From Clostridia bacterium (GTDB lineage: Bacteria; Bacillota; Clostridia; Christensenellales; UBA1242), in the NCBI GenBank assembly GCA_028709705.1, contig JAQVWL010000001.1:25728-89727 (forward strand): 64,000 bases of DNA, given 5' to 3'. The position numbers and the translations under genes were made by a program. Shown piece after piece: positions 9,876 to 18,193 of the stretch. A model generated the notes under the pieces. That model ran no database searches and was not told where the DNA came from. It saw only the letters and a program-made list of their open reading frames with translations. Numbering within the stretch: position 1 is the stretch's first letter; every line of letters starts with the position of its first letter.

Positions 9876-9912
9876 TACTTTCTTCTTTTGAATAAATTTC
9901 TCTATTCAACAT

Positions 9913-9940
9913 CATTATATCAATCGCAAAAAAATAAGCA
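9913..9940 (-). promoter_or_regulatory. Sigma-A-type promoter firing leftward into the 9555-9900 orphan region
   Basis: Minus-strand reading is TTGCTT (9940-9935), a 16-nt spacer, then TATAAT (9918-9913). Confidence 0.5.
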
Positions 9941-10031
9941 ACTAAAAAAACAAATAATTTTAATAACTTTATAAATTCTTTACTTTTTTTATTTTTATGT
10001 GTATAATAACTTCAACAAAGGAAAAATAAAA

Positions 10032-10475
10032 ATGAAATGTCCTTATTGCACATCAGAAAATAGTAAAGTATTAGACTCTCGCTCAAATGAAGACACAAAC
10101 GCAATCAGAAGAAGAAGAGAATGTCTAAATTGTGGCAAAAGATTTACCACATATGAAACCGTTGAAAGTACACCCATTTTGGTTATAAAAAAAGATGGCA
10201 GTCGCCAATCTTTTGATGTCGAAAAAATAAAAAGAGGCTTGATTAAGGCTTGCGAAAAACGACCCGTAAGTTTGGACCAAATTCAGCAAATTTGCATTGA
10301 AATTGAAAAAGAATTGCAAAATTCGCTTGAACAAGAAGTAAAATCAGAAATAATTGGCGAAAAGGTTATGGAAAAACTAAAACCGTTTGATGAAGTTTCT
10401 TATGTAAGATTTGCATCTGTTTACCGCCAATTTAAAGATGTAACAAACTTTATCAAATTTTTGAATGATATATAA
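10032..10475 (+). CDS. nrdR: Transcriptional repressor NrdR
   Basis: MKCPYCTSENSKVLDSR...RRRRECLNCGKRFTTYE zinc ribbon plus an ATP-cone. AAGGA RBS before ATG 10032. Confidence 0.94.
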   Translation: MKCPYCTSENSKVLDSRSNEDTNAIRRRRECLNCGKRFTTYETVESTPILVIKKDGSRQSFDVEKIKRGLIKACEKRPVSLDQIQQICIEIEKELQNSLEQEVKSEIIGEKVMEKLKPFDEVSYVRFASVYRQFKDVTNFIKFLNDI

Positions 10476-10571
10476 ACAGTATCAAAAAAATTTACGAAGA
10501 CAACGCTTGTTTGTCTGCAAATACATTGTATTAGGCACAAAAAAATCTTCAAAAATTGAAGATTTTTTTAT

Positions 10572-10892
10572 TTATTTTGCTTGGAATGGAAGCAATGCCA
10601 TAATTCTTGCTCTTTTAACTGCTGTTGCAATCATTCTTTGGTGTGCAGAGCAAGTTCCTGTTTGTCTTCTAGGAAGAATTTTGCCTTTTTCGGTTACAAA
10701 GTGTTTAAGTTTTGCAACGTCTTTATAGTCAATTTCTTTTGCTTTTTCAACGCAAAATGTGCAAACTTTTTTTCTGCCTATTTTTTTGTTAAATCTTCTT
10801 GGTCTTTCAAAATCTTTGGTTTCGTTCGATTTTGTATATTCTTTTGGTGCAGTTTCTTTTGCAACTGCAACTTCTTCTTTTATTTCTGCCAT
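10572..10892 (-). CDS. rpsR: 30S ribosomal protein S18 (with an N-terminal extension of about 27 aa)
   Basis: KKVCTFC...[33 protein letters not shown]...[11 protein letters not shown]. Confidence 0.94.
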   Translation of the reverse strand: MAEIKEEVAVAKETAPKEYTKSNETKDFERPRRFNKKIGRKKVCTFCVEKAKEIDYKDVAKLKHFVTEKGKILPRRQTGTCSAHQRMIATAVKRARIMALLPFQAK

Positions 10893-10951
10893 TTTTATTC
10901 TCCTTTTATTATATTTATTTTTCCGCTTTTGCGGGTAAGTTTGGTTTCAAA

Positions 10952-11353
10952 TTAAAATGGTAAACTGTCATCATCAATAGGTTGCAAGTTTGCCACTTCT
11001 GTTTTGTCTTCTTTTGTAAATGTGTCTGATGAAGAGTTTTTGGTGTTCAAAAATTCAACTTCATCGGCAGTAATTTCTGTAATGTATTTTTTTGTTCCGT
11101 CTTGTGCGTCGTAAGAGCGGGTTTGAATTGTTCCAACAACACCGCACTTGCTACCTTTTTTCAAGTATTTGTTACAATTTTCAGCTTGTGCTCTCCAAAC
11201 AACAATGTTCAAAAAGTCTGTTTCTCTTTCACCACTGGCATTTGTATATCTTCTGCCAACTGCAAGTGTAAATCTGCAAACAGCAATGCCATTTGTTGTG
11301 GTGATAAGTTCAGGGTCTTTTGTCAAATTTCCAACTAAAATAACTTTATTCAT
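10952..11353 (-). CDS. ssb: Single-stranded DNA-binding protein
   Basis: MNKVILVGNLTKDPEL OB-fold N-terminus and an acidic C-terminal tip DDDSLPF. Confidence 0.94.
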   Translation of the reverse strand: MNKVILVGNLTKDPELITTTNGIAVCRFTLAVGRRYTNASGERETDFLNIVVWRAQAENCNKYLKKGSKCGVVGTIQTRSYDAQDGTKKYITEITADEVEFLNTKNSSSDTFTKEDKTEVANLQPIDDDSLPF

Positions 11354-11362
11354 AATATCTCC

Positions 11363-11647
11363 TTATTCTTTTACAACAAACATTTTTCTAACGATAGGTT
11401 CAGTAATATTCATTAAATCTTCCATTTCTTTGATAACGGTAGTTTCGGCTACAAAGTTCATCAAAACATAAAAACCTTCGTTTTTAAACTTGATAGGGTA
11501 AGCAAGTTTTTTCATACCCCACTTGTCGATGCCAATTATACTACCTTTTCTTTCTTCAACAAACTTTTTAAACTTTTCGATCAAAAGATCTCTTTGTTCT
11601 TCGGTTTGGTCAGCAGAAATGATATATAGAAGTTCGTACTTTCTCAT
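11363..11647 (-). CDS. rpsF: 30S ribosomal protein S6
   Basis: MRKYELLYII...conserved S6 pattern. rpsF-ssb-rpsR order. AGGAGG RBS. Confidence 0.94.
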   Translation of the reverse strand: MRKYELLYIISADQTEEQRDLLIEKFKKFVEERKGSIIGIDKWGMKKLAYPIKFKNEGFYVLMNFVAETTVIKEMEDLMNITEPIVRKMFVVKE

Positions 11648-11749
11648 TTTTTACCTCCTTTTGGTCTCTTGGTTTCTTTCGAAACAAGGATAAACGAATT
11701 ACAATTTGTAATTGTTTTGAATTATAACATAAAGAAATACAATTTGCAA
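11648..11749 (-). promoter_or_regulatory. rpsF promoter and structured 5' leader
   Basis: Minus-strand reading is TTGCAA (11749-11744), a 17-nt spacer, then TATAAT (11726-11721). The leader carries an AATTACAA/TTGTAATT hairpin and a CCTTGTTTC-GAAA-GAAACCAAG hairpin, which could be an S6:S18 autoregulatory leader (not verified). Confidence 0.5.
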
Positions 11750-11798
11750 GTGTTAGTTGATAATAAAGATTTCTTAAATTTTTTTTGAAAAGCAGAAA

Positions 11799-12025
11799 GG
11801 GTCAATGGGGACGTTAGTAACTGACACGAAGCAAGGCGAAGGGTCGCGTTGGCTACGTCCCCTTGACACCAGAAAATAAACCCGCTTAATTACAAAACTA
11901 AGGTCAAGGGGACATAGCCAACTGACCTTAGAAAAAAATACAATTTCATAGTATTTAATTGCTCGTAAAAATCAAATAAACCTACAATAAACTATGTCAG
12001 TTGCTAGCGTCCCCGTTTGGCCTTT
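11799..12025. repeat. GC-rich four-unit hairpin repeat element, copy A (REPIN/MITE-like)
   Basis: Four copies of a unit of about 21-26 nt (GGTCAAnGGGGACGnTAGCnAACTGAC) in alternating orientation: 11800-11825 (+), 11848-11867 (-), 11902-11927 (+), 11996-12022 (-). Homologous to the element at 55861-56025. Confidence 0.8.
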
Positions 12026-12108
12026 GTTATACCCACAAAAGTAAAAAAATCAATTAAATAATGTTTATCATTTAGTATATATCACAAATATTAACAAAAA
12101 CTAAACAG

Positions 12109-13647
12109 ATGAAAAATGAAGTTTTGAAAGGCAGTTTGGTTTTGATAATTGCAGGTGTTTTGGGCAAAATTTTGGGGGCGGTTTATAGAATTCCACTATC
12201 AAACATTTTGGGTGCAGAAGGCATTGGCGTTTATCAAATGATTTTCCCCATATTTTCACTTGCATTAATTATAAGTTCGGGCGGGGTAAGTGTCACACTT
12301 TCACATTTGATAGCAAAGGCAAGAGCAAGTGGCGAAGGCAATATAAAATCAATTTTTTTAAAAGGTTTATTTTATTCGCTTTTAATAAGCATTTCTTTTG
12401 CCATATTATTTTTTGGTTTTTCAGACTTGATTGCAAATTTGCAGGGCAATATTTTGGCAAAAAGTGGTTACAAAATTGTGGGAATAGCGTTGATATTTTC
12501 TAGTTTAATTGCACCTTTCAGGGGGCTATTCCAAGGCTATCAGCAAATGACACCGACGGCGGTTTCGCAAGTTTTGGAGCAGTTTTTTAAACTTGGATTT
12601 GGTCTTGTTTTTGCGTTTTATTTTGTAAAAACAAATATTGAATTCGGTGTCGTTGGTGCGTTTTTGGGCATTGGTATTGCAGAAATAATTGCGTTTTTGT
12701 ATATGTTTTTTAAGTTTTTGAAAAGAAAAAAAGAAAAAATTGAAAGCAAACAAAAACTTCCGTTTGCAAAAACTAATATAACAATAACTTTTGGTTTTTT
12801 AATTATTCCAATTATTACCGCCTTTGATAGTTTTGCAGTCATAAATTTATTAAAAAATAACTTTTCAGAACAGTTTTCCACTTCGCTTTATGGACTTCAA
12901 AGCGGTATGGTAAATTCACTTATAAATTTTCCTGTTGTTATCTCTGTTGCAATTTCAATGTCTCTTTTGCCATCTTTAAGTTATTTGATATCTCAAAACA
13001 AAACAAATGAAATAAATCAAAAATTGAAAAATGTTTTTAATATAATTTGGATATTATTGATGCCTTGCATTGTTGGCTTTGTTGTTCTTGCACCAGAAAT
13101 AGTAAGTATTTTGTATGTGGGAATTGATGAGTATTTAATAAAAATCACAACACAACTTTTGCAAATTTCGGCGTTTGAAATTTTGTTTATAAGTATATTG
13201 CAAATTTCGACTTCGATTTTTCAAAGTTTGGAAAAACCTGCAATTCCAATTTATATTCTCGTTGCAAGCGGACTTATAAAAATTGTTTTAACATTTTTGC
13301 TGGTGGAAAATCCTGCAATAAATATTTATGGACTTGCTATTGCCAATTTGGTATTTTATGCACTTGCGGGAATATCTAGTCTTTATTTTGCAAAAAAAAC
13401 ATTCAAATTTTTTTTGCCAATAAAAACTCTGGTTGTTTCCTTTACTGCATTGGCAACAATGGGCACAAGTTTTTATTTTGTCAATGTATTTATATCAAAT
13501 ATTTGGGCAAAATTGTTGTTAACAGGGTTGGCGGGAATTGTGTTTTATATCATTCCTATTCTTGTGTTTGATTTGTTAAATATAAAAAACAAATTTGTGT
13601 TTGGAATAAAAACCATAAATGCTAAAAAGGAACAAAAAAATGAATAA
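12109..13647 (+). CDS. MOP-superfamily flippase (SpoVB/MurJ-type polysaccharide biosynthesis protein)
   Basis: 512-aa polytopic protein. Its N-terminus LKGSLVLIIAGVLGKILGAVYRIPLSNILGAEGIGVYQM is typical of SpoVB/MurJ-like proteins. Confidence 0.75.
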   Translation: MKNEVLKGSLVLIIAGVLGKILGAVYRIPLSNILGAEGIGVYQMIFPIFSLALIISSGGVSVTLSHLIAKARASGEGNIKSIFLKGLFYSLLISISFAILFFGFSDLIANLQGNILAKSGYKIVGIALIFSSLIAPFRGLFQGYQQMTPTAVSQVLEQFFKLGFGLVFAFYFVKTNIEFGVVGAFLGIGIAEIIAFLYMFFKFLKRKKEKIESKQKLPFAKTNITITFGFLIIPIITAFDSFAVINLLKNNFSEQFSTSLYGLQSGMVNSLINFPVVISVAISMSLLPSLSYLISQNKTNEINQKLKNVFNIIWILLMPCIVGFVVLAPEIVSILYVGIDEYLIKITTQLLQISAFEILFISILQISTSIFQSLEKPAIPIYILVASGLIKIVLTFLLVENPAINIYGLAIANLVFYALAGISSLYFAKKTFKFFLPIKTLVVSFTALATMGTSFYFVNVFISNIWAKLLLTGLAGIVFYIIPILVFDLLNIKNKFVFGIKTINAKKEQKNE

Positions 13648-13909
13648 AAAAATGATGATAAATTGTATTGCTCAAAAAACAAAATTGCAAAAAAGCACAA
13701 TAAAAAAAGTACTTTCTGGTTTGGAAAATGTTGTTTTTGACGCATTAAGCAAAGGGGAAACCATAAATTTTTCGGGTTTTGCAAAACTTTATACCAAACA
13801 GAGAAACGAACGAACATTTGTCAATTTTCAAACAGGCGAAAGTTTTATTTCGCCAACAAAAGTTATTCCGGCTGTCAAGTTTTCAAAAAATTTGATTTTA
13901 AAATTATAA
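13640..13909 (+). CDS. hup: HU/IHF-family DNA-binding protein
   Basis: About 90 aa with the HU pattern (FSGFAKLYTKQRNERTFVNFQTGESFISPTKVIPAVKFSK). AAGGA RBS before ATG 13640. Confidence 0.85.
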   Translation: MNKKMMINCIAQKTKLQKSTIKKVLSGLENVVFDALSKGETINFSGFAKLYTKQRNERTFVNFQTGESFISPTKVIPAVKFSKNLILKL

Positions 13910-13958
13910 TGCCGATACAACTTGACTTTTTTGCAAATTTTGGTATAAACTAAAAATT

Positions 13959-14912
13959 GTGAAAATAAAGAATTTAGAAATAAAAAACAATATATTTTTG
14001 GCACCAATGGCAGGAGTAACTGACTTTGCCTTTCGGAGTATTTGCAGAGATTTTGGTGCGGGACTTTCTTATACCGAAATGATAAGCGCAAAAGGCTTGA
14101 TTTTTTCAAAATCAAAAAAAATTTATCAAGAAATGCTTTTCACTTTGCCAAATGAAAAACCTTGTGCAGTTCAAATTTTTGGAAACGACCCCAAAATTAT
14201 GGCACAAGTTTGTAAACTTCCAGAATTGCAAAAATTTGATATAATTGACATAAATATGGGTTGCCCTGCACCCAAAATAGTCAAAAATGGCGAAGGTTCG
14301 GCACTTTTAAAAAACTTGGACTTGGCGGTTGAAGTGGCAAGGGCTTGCGTTGAAGCAACTGATAAACCAGTTACAGTGAAAATGCGAATGGGTTATGGGA
14401 AAGATGAAAATGTGAGCATTGAACTCGCCAAACGGTTAGAAAAAGTGGGTGTAAGTGCAATTTGCTTGCATGGCAGAACGCGTGAGCAATTTTATTCTGG
14501 CAAAGTTGATTACAATGCAATAAAAAGATTGAAAGAAAGCGTTAAAATTCCCATAATTGGCAACGGAGATGTTTTCGATTTAAACTCATTTTTGGAAATG
14601 CAAAAAACGGGTGTTGATGCAGTTATGGTGGGAAGAGGTGCTTTGGGCAGACCGCAAATTTTTAAATTTTTAAAAAACAATTCAGAAAGTGAAAAGATTT
14701 TGCCAACCAAAACGCAATTAATAGAAACAATAAAAAAACATTTTGCGTTGTTGCAAAAAGTTTATCCAGAAAACTTTATTGTTTCACATATGCGGAAGCA
14801 TCTTTTGTGGTATGTAAAAGACCAACCCAAAGCCAATCAATTAAGGCTTCAACTTTGCAAAATTGAAAGTATTGAAGAAGCAGTAAAAATTTTGCAAGAA
14901 AGTTTGTTATAA
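13959..14912 (+). CDS. dus: tRNA-dihydrouridine synthase
   Basis: LAPMAGVTDFAFR, DINMGCPAPK and LHGRTREQ motifs. GTG start with no obvious SD. Confidence 0.9.
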   Translation: MKIKNLEIKNNIFLAPMAGVTDFAFRSICRDFGAGLSYTEMISAKGLIFSKSKKIYQEMLFTLPNEKPCAVQIFGNDPKIMAQVCKLPELQKFDIIDINMGCPAPKIVKNGEGSALLKNLDLAVEVARACVEATDKPVTVKMRMGYGKDENVSIELAKRLEKVGVSAICLHGRTREQFYSGKVDYNAIKRLKESVKIPIIGNGDVFDLNSFLEMQKTGVDAVMVGRGALGRPQIFKFLKNNSESEKILPTKTQLIETIKKHFALLQKVYPENFIVSHMRKHLLWYVKDQPKANQLRLQLCKIESIEEAVKILQESLL

Positions 14913-15013
14913 TAAAAAATTATAAATCAAGCAATATAATATTTGATTGACATTTATTTTGATAAAATGCTATTATTTTATAAATAAATACACAAGATAA
15001 AAGGGTGGAAAAA

Positions 15014-16198
15014 ATGAAAAAAACAATTGAAGATATTGATGTTAAAGATAAAAGAGTTTTTTTGAGGGTTGATTTTAACGTTCCACTTGATGAAAATGGC
15101 GTTGTAACTGATGAAACGAGAATAATCAAAGAACTTCCAACAATAAAATATCTTTTGTCAAAAGGTGCAAGGCTTATTTTGTGTTCGCATTTGGGCAGAC
15201 CAGATGGCGAAATCAAAGACAATCTTTCACTTATTCCTGTTGCAAAAAAATTGTTAAATTTGTTGCCACTTACCAAAATAAAATTTTCTTTTCAATGCGT
15301 GGGTGAAAAAGTTGAAAAAATGTCACAAGAATTAAAACCTGGCGAAATTTTGTTTTTGGAAAATATAAGATTTTATAAAGAAGAAGAAAAAAACGACCCA
15401 ATTTTTGCAAAAAAACTTTCCAAACTAGCAGATATTTATGTTAACGATGCTTTTGGCACTGCACATAGAAGTCACGCTTCAATAACAGGAATTGCAAGAC
15501 TTCTTCCCAACGCAGTTGGATATTTGATGGGCAAAGAAGTCAACACAATGTTAGACATAATGAAAAATCCCAAAAAACCATTTGTTGTGGTGTTGGGTGG
15601 TTCAAAAGTGTCAGAAAAAATTTACATAGTAATGAATTTTTTAAAAAAAGCAGATGCAATTTTGATTGGCGGGGGAATGTCTTATACTTTTTTAAAAGCA
15701 CAAGGTTATAATCTGGGCAATTCTCTTATAGATGAAGAAAAAATTCCACTAGCAAAAGAAATTTTGGAAGAAGCAAAAAAGTGTAATGTAAAATTGCTTT
15801 TGCCAATAGACCACAAATGCGGTGCATCTTTTTCCACAACTGCAAAAGCGATTGTAACTTCTGGTCCCGATATGCCAGAAAATTTGATAGGAATGGATTT
15901 GGGACCAAAAACAATAAAATTGTTTACAAAAACCATAAGAAGGGCAAAAACAGTTATTTGGAATGGACCGATGGGCGTTTTTGAATTTGATGAGTTTTCA
16001 GAAGGAACAGAAACAATTGCTAGGGCTGTTGCAAAGGCAAGAGGTAAAACCATTGTTGGCGGTGGTGACAGTATAGCATCTATAAGGCTTCTAAAACTTG
16101 ACAAAAAAATAACCCATATGTCAACGGGCGGAGGCGCAAGCTTGGCTTTGCTTGAAGGACAACTTCTTCCGGGCGTTGAAGCAATAAATAACAAATAA
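15014..16198 (+). CDS. pgk: Phosphoglycerate kinase
   Basis: RVDFNVPLD, SHLGRP and FGTAHRSHAS motifs. ATG 15014 is preferred over the track GTG 15005. Confidence 0.96.
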   Translation: MKKTIEDIDVKDKRVFLRVDFNVPLDENGVVTDETRIIKELPTIKYLLSKGARLILCSHLGRPDGEIKDNLSLIPVAKKLLNLLPLTKIKFSFQCVGEKVEKMSQELKPGEILFLENIRFYKEEEKNDPIFAKKLSKLADIYVNDAFGTAHRSHASITGIARLLPNAVGYLMGKEVNTMLDIMKNPKKPFVVVLGGSKVSEKIYIVMNFLKKADAILIGGGMSYTFLKAQGYNLGNSLIDEEKIPLAKEILEEAKKCNVKLLLPIDHKCGASFSTTAKAIVTSGPDMPENLIGMDLGPKTIKLFTKTIRRAKTVIWNGPMGVFEFDEFSEGTETIARAVAKARGKTIVGGGDSIASIRLLKLDKKITHMSTGGGASLALLEGQLLPGVEAINNK

Positions 16199-16208
16199 GG
16201 TAAAAAAA

Positions 16209-17516
16209 ATGAAAAAAATACACATAGGTTTGTTTGTAGATACATTTTATCCAATGATTGATGGAGTTATCAATGTTGTCGACAATTATGCCAAAAATTT
16301 GTTGAAATATGCAGATGTTACGGTTTTTGCTCCTTATGGCAAAGACAAAAAATTTGTTGACAATTTTCCTTACAGGGTAATAAGATGTGGAAGATTAAAA
16401 CTTGCAAGTTTGGATTATGATTATAGTGTTCCTCAAATGGATACAAAATTTAAAAAAGAATTAAAAAATTCAAATTTGGATATAGTGCATTTTCACTCGC
16501 CATTCAATTTGGCAAAGGTGGGTATCGCTTATGCAAAAAAGCATAAAATACCAGTTGTTGCAACAATGCACAGCCAATATGAAAGAGATTTTATGAAAGC
16601 AACACAATCAAAAGTTTTAACAAAATGGTTATTGGGTATGGTTGTAAAAAATTTTAATTCTGCCAATGTTGTGTATACAATGAATCAAGCATGTGTGGAT
16701 ATTGCAAAAAGTTATGGAATAAAAACAAATATTGATATAATTTCAAATGCAACAGAAATAGTAAACAATTATTCTGCAACTGAAAAGCGAGCAATAAAAA
16801 AGCAAATAAGAAAAAATTACAATATTAAAGACAATGAGATTGTTTTGTTAAGTATTGGCAGACTAAACAAAATAAAAAACTTGGATTTTACTATTGAAGT
16901 TTGCAAGGTTTTAAAAGAAAAAGGTTTTGCATTTAAACTGTTGATGATAGGCGACGGCGGAGACAAAGAATATTTTGAAGAAAAAGTTGAAGAATTAAAC
17001 TTGCAAGACAAAATAAAAATTTTGGGCAAAATTGACACAAACGAAGAAAAAAATCAAATAATAATGGCAAGTGATTTACACATTTTTCCTTCTTTTTATG
17101 ACACGGACGGAATTGTAAGAATTGAGGCGGCGGCATTTTATGTTCCCACGATTTTTATTGAAAACAGTACTGCATCTTCAACAATCAACAAAAACATTGA
17201 TGGATATATAGGGAAAAACGATAAAAATCTATTTGCAAATCAGATTATTAAAATATTTAAAGACAAAGAAGCATATAAAAATGTTTGCATTAATGCCTAT
17301 AAAAATATTTATTCTACTTGGGAAAAAGTTGTCAGGCAAATGTATGAAAACTATTTAAAACTTATTGAAGAAAACAAAATTCGATTAGAAAATATGCCAG
17401 AAAAAACAAAAAACAAATCCACTTCCAAAACCACAAAAATCAAAGTTGCAAAGCCAAAAAAAGTAACAAAACTTAAAACCACAAAAACAAAAATTTCAAA
17501 AAGCAAAAATACTTAA
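16209..17516 (+). CDS. GT4-family glycosyltransferase with a lysine-rich C-terminal tail
   Basis: GT-B fold pattern (IGLFVDTFYPMIDGV...; E-x7-E-like region FPSFYDTDGIVRIEAAA). The tail reads KTKNKSTSKTTKIKVAKPKKVTKLKTTKTKISKSKNT. Confidence 0.8.
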   Translation: MKKIHIGLFVDTFYPMIDGVINVVDNYAKNLLKYADVTVFAPYGKDKKFVDNFPYRVIRCGRLKLASLDYDYSVPQMDTKFKKELKNSNLDIVHFHSPFNLAKVGIAYAKKHKIPVVATMHSQYERDFMKATQSKVLTKWLLGMVVKNFNSANVVYTMNQACVDIAKSYGIKTNIDIISNATEIVNNYSATEKRAIKKQIRKNYNIKDNEIVLLSIGRLNKIKNLDFTIEVCKVLKEKGFAFKLLMIGDGGDKEYFEEKVEELNLQDKIKILGKIDTNEEKNQIIMASDLHIFPSFYDTDGIVRIEAAAFYVPTIFIENSTASSTINKNIDGYIGKNDKNLFANQIIKIFKDKEAYKNVCINAYKNIYSTWEKVVRQMYENYLKLIEENKIRLENMPEKTKNKSTSKTTKIKVAKPKKVTKLKTTKTKISKSKNT

Positions 17517-17524
17517 AATAAAAC

Positions 17525-17556
17525 AAAAAACACATCATTTCTAATGTGTTTTTTTA
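17525..17556. terminator. Bidirectional terminator
   Basis: AACACAT/ATGTGTT stem flanked by an A run and a T run, between convergent genes. Confidence 0.7.
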
Positions 17557-17557
17557 G

Positions 17558-18058
17558 TTATTTTGTGTCTTTTATATAATAGCCATAAAATCTGTTGCCC
17601 CAAAACAATTTAAAACCAGGATATCTTTCCATAAAATTCTTTGGTGTTAAATCTGGTTGCAAGTGAATTTCATAAGGATTGCGATTTATTGCAGGTTGCC
17701 AAAATCTATATGGAACAGCAACAACCAATTCTTTGCATTCATCATACATTTTCTTTAAAATTTTTTGTGCATCTGGAATGCTTAAATGTTCCAAAACATC
17801 ACCCATAATAATAACATCATACTTAAAATTGTCGTGTTTTAAGATATCATTAAAATATAAGTTTTCATATTTGTTTAACAAATTATATTTCAAAATGTAA
17901 GGTTTCCAAATTTCCACTGCGTCCATTTTGAAGTAGTTTGAAAGAAGATTATACCATTTCCCATTGCAAGGTCCAATATCTAAAACCCTATCACCCAAAT
18001 TAAATTTTTCTCTCAACATTTTACATACTCTTTTTTTACCAAAATTATAAGAAGCCAT
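17558..18058 (-). CDS. Class I SAM-dependent methyltransferase
   Basis: Motif I VLDIGPCNGKW and the post-I/II pattern DVIIMGDVLEHL. Confidence 0.75.
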   Translation of the reverse strand: MASYNFGKKRVCKMLREKFNLGDRVLDIGPCNGKWYNLLSNYFKMDAVEIWKPYILKYNLLNKYENLYFNDILKHDNFKYDVIIMGDVLEHLSIPDAQKILKKMYDECKELVVAVPYRFWQPAINRNPYEIHLQPDLTPKNFMERYPGFKLFWGNRFYGYYIKDTK

Positions 18059-18151
18059 TTTTCCCTCCTGAGTTTTAAATTATCACAATAATAAAGGTAT
18101 AGTCAACTAAATTATCATTATTTTGTTTAATTATGTAATTTATATGTAGAA

Positions 18152-18186
18152 AAACAAAAAATCAGCGGGTCTGCTGATTTTTTTTG
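18152..18186 (-). terminator. Terminator after pheST
   Basis: ATCAGC/GCTGAT stem flanked by A and T runs, immediately downstream of the pheT stop. Confidence 0.7.
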
Positions 18187-18193
18187 TTTATCG

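Noticed and set aside
11799-12025. CRISPR array or integron attC interpretation of the repeated GGTCAAGGGGACGTAGC units (also at 55861-56025)
   Set aside because: The units alternate in orientation rather than being direct repeats with unique spacers. There are only four per locus and no cas genes. The GTTAGCA/GTTGGCT cores do not satisfy the attC GTTRRRY consensus, and no intI is present.
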